Virus record (IMG/VR): IMGVR_UViG_3300042922_000827
Coordinates: 23,774 to 87,773 of that record
DNA: 64,000 nucleotides
Strand: one strand, 5' to 3'
Source: a virus
The notes under the pieces were generated by a model that saw only the letters and a list, made by a program, of their open reading frames with translations, searched no databases and was not told the DNA's origin. Positions 46,803 through 57,902 of this stretch are shown one piece after another (within the stretch, counting starts at the first letter, position 1; each line of letters opens with the position of its first letter). The position numbers were made by a program, and so were the translations under genes.

Positions 46803-49268
46803 TTGGCTCAATATAAATATTATCTAGAAATGAATTATATAAACGGAGAAACTAATCTAGAGATAAAACCAGAAAATATAAAACAGTTTTTTATTGATAG
46901 TCACTATGAACAAAATCATATGTCAATGATGTATGCAGTATTGCATATAGATAAAAACTTTTATGATGAAATCATAACTAATGCTAAAACCGCAACGATC
47001 ATCACTAATATATATAAGATTTTAGTCGATGACGAAACAGAAACAAAGATCCTCACTGACTACAATGGCGAATGTTCTTATTTCATATCTGGGGATATTA
47101 ACTACAATAAAGAGATTGATTATGCTACAACTAGCGACGATAGTACAAAAAGAGAAGACATATATAAGCAAGTTCATATGGGTCTTATATACAAAGAATG
47201 TATAGATAATAACAAGCAGACAAATAATACAACTATTAAAAATACTACTATGATAAATGCTGTTGCGTCATACATGTCCACTGTTCCTCTTCTAATAGAG
47301 AATTTTACATATAATGACATCATTCAGCAGTTGGTAGTACCTCCACAAGATTCGCTATATAAGACTGTAAACTTTTTTAACTCTATTAAAGTATTTTACG
47401 ATACACCATATAGATTTTTTATAGAACCAGGATGTGTATATCTTATAAGCAGCTCTGGTAAATCTGTACAAAAAGCTAGTGAAAAATATTCTACTATTAT
47501 ATTTAATATTCATTCTATTACAGCAGATGATGCCAACGTTTTAGGTATGGAAGATGATAATACTAATAACTGCTATAGAGTTGATGTGAATGTATTAGAT
47601 ACTCATTATACAATAGATAATGATACATGCAAAACAGTTAATAATATTAGCTCTATTATAAATCCAAGTAAAAATAATTCTCTTATTGCTTTGGGAGATA
47701 TAACAAAAGCAATGAAGAAGGTAGATGATATATGCTCTAACGTGCTTGGTTCTATAACTAAACAAATAGGAACATTGTCTCCAATTCCCAGCGCTATAAG
47801 TAAGTACAAACTACAATTTTCTTCTAGCACAGATGAGATAACAACTTATACAAATAGTTCATCATCTTTAATAAATGATGCTATAGCTATAATAGAAGCA
47901 GTTCCAGAAACTCAACCTCCTAGTGGGGAAGGAGAATCATCCCCTCCAGTTAAGACTATGACTCCCCTAGAAAAAAGTACTATTATAGCTAAATTAAATG
48001 CAGATAGAGAAATCTTAATGAATAATACCATTAAATTTAATAATCTAAATTCTGATTTTGCTAAATCATCCAGTAATCTTATGGGGTGTTTAAGCAAGAC
48101 AACGACAAATATTCCAAGTCTAATAAATTCTATTAAATCTATAAATATCACAGATAATATATCCTATATGAAAAACCTTACTAGTTCTATCAAAAATCAA
48201 AATCTAACTAATAAAAATTTCACACAAAATACATTAATGCCTTATATTACTACTGGAGAATCTATTGTCTCTATTATGCAAACTATAATAGCAGAATTGA
48301 CTGCATTGGGAGTAATAGAATTAGAAGATACAATAAAGGCACTTCAAAGTAATTTAGATGGAACAAAAGTTGAAGTGAATCTGGTTACATCTGCTTTAAA
48401 CGCATACAAATCATTCCCAACAAATATAGGAACTGTTCACTCTAATATTGCTCCACAAATAAGCAAATTTGATACTCTTGATGTGAATCTTAAACAGCAA
48501 TTTACTAGGCTTAATATGGATATCCAAAACATTTCCGGCTCTACGCAAAATACATTAAGTAGTTTAATAAGTGCTAGTTCCTCTGTTGATTCATTAAAAA
48601 CTAAAGGATTATCACTTACTTCTATTAAAGATCTAGCTACAAATATAAACTCTATAAAAGATATATCTCAGATAGGAAAAATAGGATTAAGTAAATTTAA
48701 TGTTGGTCTTAATTTTATGGGAGAAGGCAACGTGGACAACCCAGGAAATAAGATAGTTCGTATAAATAACGATAATGCGAACAAAATAAAAAATATTAAG
48801 GCTAAGATGGAAACTAAAGCTAATAAACTTACTCTAAATAAAAATGATCTAGATACATCTGTATTTACTATTAATAAAGAATATATTGTAAAAAATTATG
48901 ATGCCCATTCAAATAAAGATGGTAGATTCTTATTAAATAGAAAAGTGGAAATATTCCTAAGACAAGATGATAAATTTCTTCTGAATATTATGCTAGAGTT
49001 TGATAAACTTGCAGATGTTATAAGCACATCTGGAGTAGCAGAGCTTGGTAAATCTGTAGCTAATACTAATAGCCAAACAGTAGATACTAATAAGATAATT
49101 GATAATGCTACGTCTATTATAAATACTATTAAGACAAAGGGATTAACAAAAAATACAATAGAATCTGTTGCAAAAGATGGAAGCGCTATAACTAAAGAAT
49201 ATAAAAAAATGGGATCGTCTAATAAAAGTAACACAACTCTTAGTAGTGTAATAGAAAGACTTTCATAA
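46803..49268 (+). CDS. tail/baseplate structural protein, possibly hub (gp27-like) with large helical insertion
   Basis: AGGAGG RBS before TTG; beta-rich N- and C-terminal parts separated by an S/T/N/I-rich helical region. Confidence 0.4.
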   Translation: MAQYKYYLEMNYINGETNLEIKPENIKQFFIDSHYEQNHMSMMYAVLHIDKNFYDEIITNAKTATIITNIYKILVDDETETKILTDYNGECSYFISGDINYNKEIDYATTSDDSTKREDIYKQVHMGLIYKECIDNNKQTNNTTIKNTTMINAVASYMSTVPLLIENFTYNDIIQQLVVPPQDSLYKTVNFFNSIKVFYDTPYRFFIEPGCVYLISSSGKSVQKASEKYSTIIFNIHSITADDANVLGMEDDNTNNCYRVDVNVLDTHYTIDNDTCKTVNNISSIINPSKNNSLIALGDITKAMKKVDDICSNVLGSITKQIGTLSPIPSAISKYKLQFSSSTDEITTYTNSSSSLINDAIAIIEAVPETQPPSGEGESSPPVKTMTPLEKSTIIAKLNADREILMNNTIKFNNLNSDFAKSSSNLMGCLSKTTTNIPSLINSIKSINITDNISYMKNLTSSIKNQNLTNKNFTQNTLMPYITTGESIVSIMQTIIAELTALGVIELEDTIKALQSNLDGTKVEVNLVTSALNAYKSFPTNIGTVHSNIAPQISKFDTLDVNLKQQFTRLNMDIQNISGSTQNTLSSLISASSSVDSLKTKGLSLTSIKDLATNINSIKDISQIGKIGLSKFNVGLNFMGEGNVDNPGNKIVRINNDNANKIKNIKAKMETKANKLTLNKNDLDTSVFTINKEYIVKNYDAHSNKDGRFLLNRKVEIFLRQDDKFLLNIMLEFDKLADVISTSGVAELGKSVANTNSQTVDTNKIIDNATSIINTIKTKGLTKNTIESVAKDGSAITKEYKKMGSSNKSNTTLSSVIERLS

Positions 49269-49275
49269 TTGAGAA

Positions 49276-49314
49276 AATATATCCCAGTATACATTTTGTA
49301 TACTGGGATATATT
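49276..49314. terminator. bidirectional terminator
   Basis: 18-bp arms AATATATCCCAGTATACA between convergent genes. Confidence 0.8.
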
Positions 49315-49318
49315 GTGT

Positions 49319-50719
49319 TTATTTTTTAGCAGTTTGTGCTGTAGCTGCGGCTTTAATAGCGTCAACTCCACCTTTAAAATTTGGATTTTGAGCAATAACT
49401 CTTTGATTGAGATCGGCAGTAAGTTTACTCTTTTCATTAGCATCATTAGAGTTTTCAATTTGAGAAATTGTATTTAAAACTTCTTGAGGATTATCTATTT
49501 TAAGAGCTCCTTTATAATTAGATCCAGAATTTGCTACTTGGCTATCGCCTTCTTGACCTACATAAGATCCTACATGCAATCTAACAAGCTTCATATAATC
49601 TTTATAAATTACATGAGCAGAAGTCATTTTAGAAGTAACAACTGCACTAGCTGCTGTATTATACGCACCAATCTTTTTAGTAAGAGTATCAAGATCTGCA
49701 TTAGAATCTGGTTTTACTGGTTGGGTTGACGTTTGAACAGACTGCATATTACTTGACGCTTTTGTGTCTCCGCCAGTAGCACCGGTATTTCCAGCCGCAT
49801 TTGGATCTGGTTTCTTCCCAATAGTCATACCACTATTATGAGAATCATCTTCAGTAAAGTATGAATTCATATAATTTCCTAAAGAATACGACTCTCCAGT
49901 GTACTCCCACTTTTTACTATTAGCATTCATTTTGGCAACTTTGTTGGGTCCAGGAGTTCCAATTGGATTGTCCTGAGATGAGCCCTTTTCTCCAGCCCCA
50001 GCTGTTGGAGTGGTAGTGCCGCCTCCTGCTGTAGGTGTTTGTTGTTGCGGAGGTTGCTGTGCATCTGTTTTTGCTTTTTGAATAGCAGATTGAGCAGCAT
50101 TGAATGTTGTACCAAGAACATTCTTATCTTTTTCAATTGAAGATTTGATCTTCTCAAAATCATGACAAAAGTTATATAGATCAGTCATGTTAAGACTAGT
50201 CATATTAGTAGACTTTTTATCTTCTCCACCTTGAAAATACGCAACAGCAAATCCTGCAAAATCCTTACTAGCATCTTTATATTCTGGGATAAGGACGCCT
50301 TTAAATGAAATATCAGCATCATCAACAGGAACTTTATCCTGCACAGATGTGAATGCTGGGATAGAAGTAGATGTCATTCTATGAATACCTGTAGAGTAGT
50401 CGCGCATTTCAAGATCTACATCTTGTGGTTTCTGATTTAAAATAATATCTTTATATTTTTCAAGATATGCTTTATCAGATGCGATCATTTTGTTAGTAAA
50501 CTCGACAAACTTAGCCCACACACGATTTAAGAATGCAATAAATTTATCCCACAAACTTCTAATCTTATCGCCAACGTCTTCATGTACAGCCCATAATTTT
50601 TGAGAGGCTGTGGATTCGGATAGTCCTACAATGGATTTTACAAATCCATTTATTTTTTCAGTTTCAATAGCAGATTCTACTACAAACTGAAAATATCTAG
50701 CATCTTCAGTGTAATTCAT
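49319..50719 (-). CDS. internal head protein paralog 4
   Basis: VHE/DVGDKIRSLWDKFIAFLNRVWAKF amphipathic helix after a propeptide; low-complexity insert. Confidence 0.65.
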   Translation of the reverse strand: MNYTEDARYFQFVVESAIETEKINGFVKSIVGLSESTASQKLWAVHEDVGDKIRSLWDKFIAFLNRVWAKFVEFTNKMIASDKAYLEKYKDIILNQKPQDVDLEMRDYSTGIHRMTSTSIPAFTSVQDKVPVDDADISFKGVLIPEYKDASKDFAGFAVAYFQGGEDKKSTNMTSLNMTDLYNFCHDFEKIKSSIEKDKNVLGTTFNAAQSAIQKAKTDAQQPPQQQTPTAGGGTTTPTAGAGEKGSSQDNPIGTPGPNKVAKMNANSKKWEYTGESYSLGNYMNSYFTEDDSHNSGMTIGKKPDPNAAGNTGATGGDTKASSNMQSVQTSTQPVKPDSNADLDTLTKKIGAYNTAASAVVTSKMTSAHVIYKDYMKLVRLHVGSYVGQEGDSQVANSGSNYKGALKIDNPQEVLNTISQIENSNDANEKSKLTADLNQRVIAQNPNFKGGVDAIKAAATAQTAKK

Positions 50720-50720
50720 A

Positions 50721-51812
50721 TTACTCAACCTCCAATGCATAATCTGGAATATTGAAAAGATCTACAGACTCTTGTTTTGCAAGAATCTTTTTAAATGCTC
50801 CGTATATAACTTTCTTATCTTGGTCGAAACATCCTTTGATAGCATCCAATTTAGCAGAGAACGCCATTAAATGCATATTAGAAATTTCCTGAATCTCTTG
50901 AGATTTTGCTTTCATAAATAAATCATATAAAGCAATTTTGTCTGAAGAGCTGTCGCCGTCAATAAAGTCTCCAATTGACACTTGTGAATTTCCATCAACT
51001 GTTTCCTTTGTTACCTTATCAAGGCGTTTTTGAATACCATTATAAAGCTTTTCCACATTATCAGCATGGCGCTGTGTGGAAGTCTTCATCTTATCATATC
51101 CTGTAAAGAATGCTAAAGCTTCATTCACAATAGCGCTGGTAACTGTTATTTTAGTCTGAGCATGTTCACCGTTGCGGAATACTTTGAATAATTCATTTTT
51201 ATAATCGGTTTGATCGATATTTGATTTGGCATTGATACTTTTCTTTCTAAGTTCATCCAAATAAGAATTTGAACTCCTCTTGTCTAAAAATGCATCATAT
51301 GATTTCTTTAAATCTGCTTGACTCTTAGCATCTCTTCCATCTGTTTTGAAATCAGCGATAGATTTATCGAAATCTTGCAATATATCCAGAGAAGGAATAC
51401 CTTCATCAAATTTAAAATCAAATCCAGAAATATCAAATTCATGCTGAGATGTAAACTTGCCTAATTCTGTTTTATGCTGTTCTATGTACTTATCTCTCAT
51501 AAATAGAGAATTGACTCTCACCCAGAATTTAGCAATAAGCTTTTTGAAAAATGCTACAATCTTTTTAAGAAAAACTTTAATGCCATCGAAGAATTCTGAG
51601 AAAGATTCTCTTATAACAATACTATCATTGCTCGATTCATTAATATTTTTATACAGATTGGCATTTAATAGACCAAGTGACTTGCTTTGTTCTGTTAAAA
51701 AATTCAAAGTCTCAATAAAAAAAGAATCATCATTGTATGAATCAGTACTTTCGACTGTAACAATAGAAGTATGCTCATCCAATAAAGATAATGGACTAAA
51801 TAATTTACTCAT
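50721..51812 (-). CDS. internal head protein paralog 3
   Basis: IRE/SFSEFFDGIKVFLKKIVAFFKKLIAKF. Confidence 0.65.
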   Translation of the reverse strand: MSKLFSPLSLLDEHTSIVTVESTDSYNDDSFFIETLNFLTEQSKSLGLLNANLYKNINESSNDSIVIRESFSEFFDGIKVFLKKIVAFFKKLIAKFWVRVNSLFMRDKYIEQHKTELGKFTSQHEFDISGFDFKFDEGIPSLDILQDFDKSIADFKTDGRDAKSQADLKKSYDAFLDKRSSNSYLDELRKKSINAKSNIDQTDYKNELFKVFRNGEHAQTKITVTSAIVNEALAFFTGYDKMKTSTQRHADNVEKLYNGIQKRLDKVTKETVDGNSQVSIGDFIDGDSSSDKIALYDLFMKAKSQEIQEISNMHLMAFSAKLDAIKGCFDQDKKVIYGAFKKILAKQESVDLFNIPDYALEVE

Positions 51813-51837
51813 TTAATTCCCTCCTTATATATAATAA

Positions 51838-51867
51838 ATCAGGGAATACCAATTGGTATTCCCTGAT
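51838..51867 (-). terminator. 30-bp perfect palindrome
   Basis: ATCAGGGAATACCAA|TTGGTATTCCCTGAT. Confidence 0.75.
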
Positions 51868-51877
51868 AATATTTTGA

Positions 51878-52969
51878 TTACCGGAATGTAACGGAGCCTA
51901 AGAAATCATCGCCTTTAGCTCCTTCTCCATAATGTTGCCACCCTTCGGATTCTTTTACAGAAACGCGAACAACTTGAGCAGCAAATTGTTTAGCCTGACT
52001 AACGCGGTTAGCAATAGCAGTCATTTGAGCACCAAGGAATGTTTGCTTTGCAGCCAATACTCCTTTAAATGCAGTAACCATAACTGGGTAAGCAGAAGTC
52101 TTCTTGCCAGCATCAGCTTTTTCGCCATCAGAAGCGCTATTTCCAGCTTGAGTGTCAATAGTGCCCTTTTGTGCTTTATCGCATAATTTAACAAGCTCAC
52201 TAACATCTTTTTCAAGCTGTTTGTAAGAATCGCTAACAGCTTTGCTTGCTTTATCAGATCCAAGAATGCCGCTGATATAAGCAAAGTCAACGCCGCTTTG
52301 TTCTGATTTAGCACTTTCTTTATCGCGGAAATATTGGAATAATTCTTTATTGAACTCGCTTGCAGTTAAAGAACTAGCTCCAACTAAACTACCGCGATAA
52401 CCTTCAATTCCTTCTTCAAGTTTTTCACGAGCTCCGACAATCTTCTCAGCATCGGATGCAGAAAGACTTGCTGGATTTCCAACACTTGCGCCACCAAGCA
52501 TTTTACCGGCAGCTGCAACAACGTCAGCGCCAACTGTGGAATTCTTTTCATCGCAATGAGTAAAGTGATATCCGACAAATTTTGTCTTTTCTTTATCAAC
52601 TTTACCAAATTTTTCGGCAAGATCTCTTTTGTATTTATCTAAGAAGCTTTTGCCGCTTTTGAATTGAGCATCGAATCTGCTCATAAAGCTATTGAAGATG
52701 CCTTTAAGTTTTGCAACAAGAGACATAAACATTTTCTTTACTTTTTCCCAGAAGCTGCCAATAGCACCTTCAGTATAAACACACTCTCCGGATTCCCTAA
52801 GGGCAGAACTTTCGTGAATGCCGATAGCTTTCATAAGAGAGTTATAATTACTTTCACCTTCCGCAACAGCGGCAAGTACTGCTTCATGATAATTTTCTAT
52901 ATATGTTGGAGTCGCTTCGACTTGAAGATCTACATTACTAGTCGATGCCCCTTCTTCAAAAAATGCCAT
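51878..52969 (-). CDS. internal head protein paralog 2
   Basis: YTE/GAIGSFWEKVKKMFMSLVAKLKGIF, phiKZ internal-protein-like. Confidence 0.7.
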   Translation of the reverse strand: MAFFEEGASTSNVDLQVEATPTYIENYHEAVLAAVAEGESNYNSLMKAIGIHESSALRESGECVYTEGAIGSFWEKVKKMFMSLVAKLKGIFNSFMSRFDAQFKSGKSFLDKYKRDLAEKFGKVDKEKTKFVGYHFTHCDEKNSTVGADVVAAAGKMLGGASVGNPASLSASDAEKIVGAREKLEEGIEGYRGSLVGASSLTASEFNKELFQYFRDKESAKSEQSGVDFAYISGILGSDKASKAVSDSYKQLEKDVSELVKLCDKAQKGTIDTQAGNSASDGEKADAGKKTSAYPVMVTAFKGVLAAKQTFLGAQMTAIANRVSQAKQFAAQVVRVSVKESEGWQHYGEGAKGDDFLGSVTFR

Positions 52970-52991
52970 TTTAAATTTCCTCCTTTTTATT

Positions 52992-54098
52992 TTAGCACAC
53001 TGCTTCTAGAGCAGATAATACTTCATATTCAGCAGCTTCTTGTTCAATTTCCAATAATGAAGTATCTTCATGTTTCTTTGGATTGAATGCAACAATAGCA
53101 GCCGCGATTCTACGAGATTGAGCAACAGCAAATTTAATTTCAGTCAATGCGGCACTGTTTGCAATATTAAGAGTTTCTTGCATAGCAGAAACTTGTTTTT
53201 GCATACCAGCAGCACGTTTTTGATAATTAGTTCCAGCATCAAATTTATTTTTATGTTCTGGAGCTTTCCCATCCATCCCTTTGCCACCGAAACGATTAGC
53301 ATAAGCATCGTGAGTATCATTCTTACCATCCACAGCATTATCTACCGTTTGTTTCTGGAATTTTTCAACCTGCTTTAAAGTTGCAGCTAATCCTTTTTCT
53401 TGAGAAGTTGCCATCTTTTTAATAGCAGCAATAGGATCGCTTTTGCCGGAAATGTAAGAAATCAACTCTCCAACATCACCCTTAACTTCATAATCTTTTT
53501 CTTCATCTTCGAAGCAATTGCTATGAAATTCCTTACGGAATTCTTTAGCTGATGCTTTTGTTGATGGGTGAGAAATTGCACCAAGATAAGATTCGACCAA
53601 TTCAGAGTGCTCAACGTCACCAAGATCAGATTTTAAAGCAACTTTAGCAATGTCCACGCTAATGGAAGCGATGTTAAGTTTAGGTTTTGCATATCTAACT
53701 TTCAAGCCGCTTAAATCTTTACCGGAGAAGATTTCCTTTTTGTGCTTATTATAGAAAGCAGTACCGTCTTTATTCATCCAAGCTTCAAACTTGGCGATAA
53801 ACCCACCAAAAATACTTTTAACCTTTGCGATAATATTTTTGATAAGAGTTTTGATCTTTTCCCAGAAGCTGCTAAGAGCACCTTCTTGTACTGTACAAAG
53901 TTCTTCTTCGCTGGCTCCTTCACGGATCATGCGGTTTTCTTTAATATCAGTTTTTAAAGCAGCGGTGAAAATAGCCATGTCATTTTGAAAACCTTCAACC
54001 ATTGCTAATTGAGCACCGATAGCTCCACTGTATCCTTCGGCAGCTTCTACATTCACTGTCCCAAGGCTACCGATTTCGTTGTCACTATAAAAACCCAT
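52992..54098 (-). CDS. internal head protein paralog 1
   Basis: VQE/GALSSFWEKIKTLIKNIIAKVKSIF; late promoter at 54161-54172. Confidence 0.7.
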   Translation of the reverse strand: MGFYSDNEIGSLGTVNVEAAEGYSGAIGAQLAMVEGFQNDMAIFTAALKTDIKENRMIREGASEEELCTVQEGALSSFWEKIKTLIKNIIAKVKSIFGGFIAKFEAWMNKDGTAFYNKHKKEIFSGKDLSGLKVRYAKPKLNIASISVDIAKVALKSDLGDVEHSELVESYLGAISHPSTKASAKEFRKEFHSNCFEDEEKDYEVKGDVGELISYISGKSDPIAAIKKMATSQEKGLAATLKQVEKFQKQTVDNAVDGKNDTHDAYANRFGGKGMDGKAPEHKNKFDAGTNYQKRAAGMQKQVSAMQETLNIANSAALTEIKFAVAQSRRIAAAIVAFNPKKHEDTSLLEIEQEAAEYEVLSALEAVC

Positions 54099-54220
54099 TA
54101 TATATTCCTCCTTAAAAATATTCATTTACTATAATTTATGGACATTAATCTCCATAGATTTATTAATATGTTTATATCTTCAATTATGGCATTTATTCTT
54201 ATACAATAAAAAGTATAATA

Positions 54221-56821
54221 TCAAGATACTATATTATACTTTATATCTGGTTCGTTATTTGCTAAAGTATTTACATTTAAAAATTCTGGAACGGTATTAG
54301 ACTCTGCAAATGAATCTGTATTTTGTTTGTATATACTTTGTTTGACTGGTCCGTAGCCGTTTAGATCTATAAACTTAAAATATACTAATTGAGATCTGTA
54401 TTTAGTGGTGATCACGGTTATAAGATTAGGCATATGTAGATCATTGATATTATTAATATCTTCTAAATATGCTTTGATATCAGTGTTGATATCATCTAAT
54501 ATATAACTATCCTGATCCATAACAAATTTAACTTCAAATGTAAGGCTCATATTTACCCTATTAAGTAAAGATTCATTATCGATATTATATAACTTAGATG
54601 GTCCATAAGTATTAAAGAATTTAAAGTCTACACCAAATGAATCTTCTAAGAATATTAAACAAGACTCAATCCAGATACGTCTATAATCTACAGATTTTAT
54701 AAAAGATTTTACTCTATCCTCTGTATCCAAATAGGTATATCTAACTAGTGGCATTTTTCTTATATAATAATCATACGTTGAATCTAGATTCTTCTTTAAA
54801 GTAATATATGATGTGACGATATTAGTATAGTCATAGAATAAATCTATACCAGAATTAAGAATTCCATAAATGTTACACAGAGACCATCCATCTAATCCAG
54901 GAACTATTTTATCTATATCTTTTTCTCTACCATATTCATTATCAAATTTAGCAAGCATAAATAGTTTAAAATCTATATTAGATGGCAAGTATGCCGTTAG
55001 TTCTGTATCTGTATTTACATCTTTCATTCCATGCTCTATAGCTATTCTACCATTTTTATCAATGATGTCATTGGTGGTAAATTCTATTTGAAAGGTGTAA
55101 ACAAACTCTTTATCGTCATAGTCTGTTAGAGTTGCAGTCGTATATCTATATGCTACACCATTCAAATATACAACTCCAAATACTTTTATATTACACTCAA
55201 TAATATTACCATTATCGTCTGTATTAATAAGACCAAAATCGCTATTAATATTTTGAGTCATCTCGATAGTGAGTTTATATTTATCCCTATCAGTATAAAA
55301 TAATCTCTTGCACTTTATCTCAGTAGCTACAAACTGTAATTGAGAGTTGCTATTTATATATTCAAATGTAAGAGCTCTTACATAATCTAGAATATTTAAA
55401 TAATAAGAGACAAAGAATGGAGATTTATTCACTACAGTTAAAAATGGATTCATATATAAAAATCCACTCTTATCATATGCTGCTATTTCTTCAGTTGTAA
55501 GCATTGGGATTCCGACAGTTTTATCACTATTTCTATACATGATAGCCCCAGGCTGCATTACATAATTAACCGGATTTATACTCTGATACATAGACCTGCT
55601 AATTTCTACGTCTAGAGTATTAGTAGGAACTATATTGCCTTCTGATTTTAGAAGAAGGTAAGAATAATATAAACGTTCTATTTGATTGTGGACCTTTTCC
55701 AAAAAGTATAATCGGCAATCTGCTGAGTTTATAGAATTAAAATAATTATTAATATCAGTATACGTCGATATTAATCCTCTTGATAGAGCTTCTTTAGGAA
55801 TAGCAGTTTTTAAATCTTCTATAGATTTCTTGTCAGCCCCAAATTCTGAATCTGATATTGGTTTCGTGACAATAAATATATTATCATACGAATAATTATC
55901 AGATGTAAGATCTTGTACAATATTATCTGTGTATGAAAAATTACATTCAGATCCTTTTGTAGTATAAACGCTAATTGTCACTTCACAATTTGCTCTTGGC
56001 TGGTAAGAATCCCTATTAAACTTAATACGTATAGTTTTAGCGTTTATATACATATAGTTACAAAATTCTTTATTGCTAGAATAATCATATAATCCATCAT
56101 AGACAGAATTTAAATAATGTATAGTATCTCCCTCTTTAACTTCAACTGTAAAGTATGCTAATTGATCGTCAAAGGTAAAATTAATAATTTTGTTTTCCAA
56201 TGGATTATTTACAATGATCTTTTTGTATATTATATTACGACTAACTTGTCTGATAGTGGTATTAATCATAATAAGATTAGTGCCAGTCATTGTTATATTG
56301 CCAAGCGTTGGTAAATATGGATTTACAATATCAGTTATTTCGTTACGATCATTGATATCATACATAGCTGTATATACATAAGTTCCATTTGGAAGTAAAT
56401 TACGTTCTATAATAATATCAAAATCTATATGATATTCATACTTACCAACCTTAATAGGAAAATCTTTGTCTAATATAAATTGATTGTCCTTCATATTAGC
56501 CAGTAAATTAACTTCTGGTATACAAATAAATACATTCATATTGGCTGGCAGTGCTCGTATTTTATTTATTCCAAGAGACAAAGCATGAGCTATTATATTA
56601 CGCTCAAATTTAGCTTTTGTTGGTATGGCTTCATTAGAATATTCAGAAGCCATTCTAGTAGAATTTTCAATTATATTTGTATGCATTTCTGATAGATACC
56701 CATATATACCCATAGTAAGAGTATCTTCTGGAATATCTATATACTTAGCCTTTATATTATCTACAAAAGACGCTATCTGATATATATCGGTAGATGTTGT
56801 TGTAGAATTCGAATCAGCCAT
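54221..56821 (-). CDS. baseplate wedge protein (T4 gp6/baseplate J-like)
   Basis: SNEAIPTKAKFERNIIAHALSLG; YTTKGSECN; GADKKSIEDLK...ALSRG...TYTD. Confidence 0.75.
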   Translation of the reverse strand: MADSNSTTTSTDIYQIASFVDNIKAKYIDIPEDTLTMGIYGYLSEMHTNIIENSTRMASEYSNEAIPTKAKFERNIIAHALSLGINKIRALPANMNVFICIPEVNLLANMKDNQFILDKDFPIKVGKYEYHIDFDIIIERNLLPNGTYVYTAMYDINDRNEITDIVNPYLPTLGNITMTGTNLIMINTTIRQVSRNIIYKKIIVNNPLENKIINFTFDDQLAYFTVEVKEGDTIHYLNSVYDGLYDYSSNKEFCNYMYINAKTIRIKFNRDSYQPRANCEVTISVYTTKGSECNFSYTDNIVQDLTSDNYSYDNIFIVTKPISDSEFGADKKSIEDLKTAIPKEALSRGLISTYTDINNYFNSINSADCRLYFLEKVHNQIERLYYSYLLLKSEGNIVPTNTLDVEISRSMYQSINPVNYVMQPGAIMYRNSDKTVGIPMLTTEEIAAYDKSGFLYMNPFLTVVNKSPFFVSYYLNILDYVRALTFEYINSNSQLQFVATEIKCKRLFYTDRDKYKLTIEMTQNINSDFGLINTDDNGNIIECNIKVFGVVYLNGVAYRYTTATLTDYDDKEFVYTFQIEFTTNDIIDKNGRIAIEHGMKDVNTDTELTAYLPSNIDFKLFMLAKFDNEYGREKDIDKIVPGLDGWSLCNIYGILNSGIDLFYDYTNIVTSYITLKKNLDSTYDYYIRKMPLVRYTYLDTEDRVKSFIKSVDYRRIWIESCLIFLEDSFGVDFKFFNTYGPSKLYNIDNESLLNRVNMSLTFEVKFVMDQDSYILDDINTDIKAYLEDINNINDLHMPNLITVITTKYRSQLVYFKFIDLNGYGPVKQSIYKQNTDSFAESNTVPEFLNVNTLANNEPDIKYNIVS

Positions 56822-56826
56822 TTAAA

Positions 56827-57831
56827 TCACACCCTCCATTTTAATTTATACTGTTGGTATCTACTGAGACTTGTACTCTCTAATGAGATATATGGAACTA
56901 ATACATTCTCTCCACTAACTGCATTAATAGACGAATCATATATAGGAACATTTATTCCAGAATTTTTAGATATACTTGCGAGATAATTAAAATCAGATAT
57001 TGTATTAGGCTGCATATCATCTTGGAAAGTACACTTCCATTGTATAGTAAATCTAAGATGACCATCTGCTGTTAAATCTGAAAAGATTTCTCTTGGTACG
57101 GTTTTCGGATAGCATCCGATCATTTGCGCCCAATGTATAATAGTTTCCCCATCTTCCCCTACTATAAATTTATATATAGTCATCTGATCATGAAGAACTT
57201 TCTTTTGTGTATAATTACGATTAGGTGGGGTCACCTTTCCAATATATTTTCTCTTCTCATATTCATCAAATGCTTTGAACCATGAATATACGTCTAAGTA
57301 TTTATTATCTTCGAACTCTATAGAAAAATCAGCCTCTTCATCTGAACGATCCGAAGCTTTCCTATAAAAAAGTTTAGTTCCATATAGATTAGCTGCTGTC
57401 TCTGCATCATCCACACTAATACTAGATAGGTCTAAATTTGATGTTTTTCTGTTAGATAATATTCTAACAAATGGCGTGGAACCATCTGCACTATATTGTA
57501 AATCTCGTAAAACTGTAGTGTTGTAGCCTCTGCGTTTTAAATCATAAAAAAACGGCACATTTGCTAACTGTGGGTTAAGGGTATATAAATCTCCGTTATT
57601 GAATATATGCAAATCTGGTTTTGTAAAGAATACATATTCTCTCGTACTAGTTACAGCATTATATGGATCTATTCTGGGAAATCTATAAAACACATTAAAT
57701 TGATCTAGATCGTTTCTACTATATATACCATTAGATCTTAAAAATTTTTTATAATCATCTGTAGATATAGTTAGTAATGAATTAAAACTATCATTACGAA
57801 TAGACGAAGTTTTTACAGTATCGTCCGCCAT
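56827..57831 (-). CDS. virion structural protein, tail-tube/baseplate (gp48/gp54-like)
   Basis: YVFFTKPDL, FSIEFED, GCYPKTVP tube-fold pattern; late promoter at 57857-57868. Confidence 0.55.
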   Translation of the reverse strand: MADDTVKTSSIRNDSFNSLLTISTDDYKKFLRSNGIYSRNDLDQFNVFYRFPRIDPYNAVTSTREYVFFTKPDLHIFNNGDLYTLNPQLANVPFFYDLKRRGYNTTVLRDLQYSADGSTPFVRILSNRKTSNLDLSSISVDDAETAANLYGTKLFYRKASDRSDEEADFSIEFEDNKYLDVYSWFKAFDEYEKRKYIGKVTPPNRNYTQKKVLHDQMTIYKFIVGEDGETIIHWAQMIGCYPKTVPREIFSDLTADGHLRFTIQWKCTFQDDMQPNTISDFNYLASISKNSGINVPIYDSSINAVSGENVLVPYISLESTSLSRYQQYKLKWRV

Positions 57832-57902
57832 ATTAAATCCCTCCACTCCTCACGTTTAATCTGATGTTGTCATATACTTTGGTAGGCTAAATTTTATTAT
57901 GC

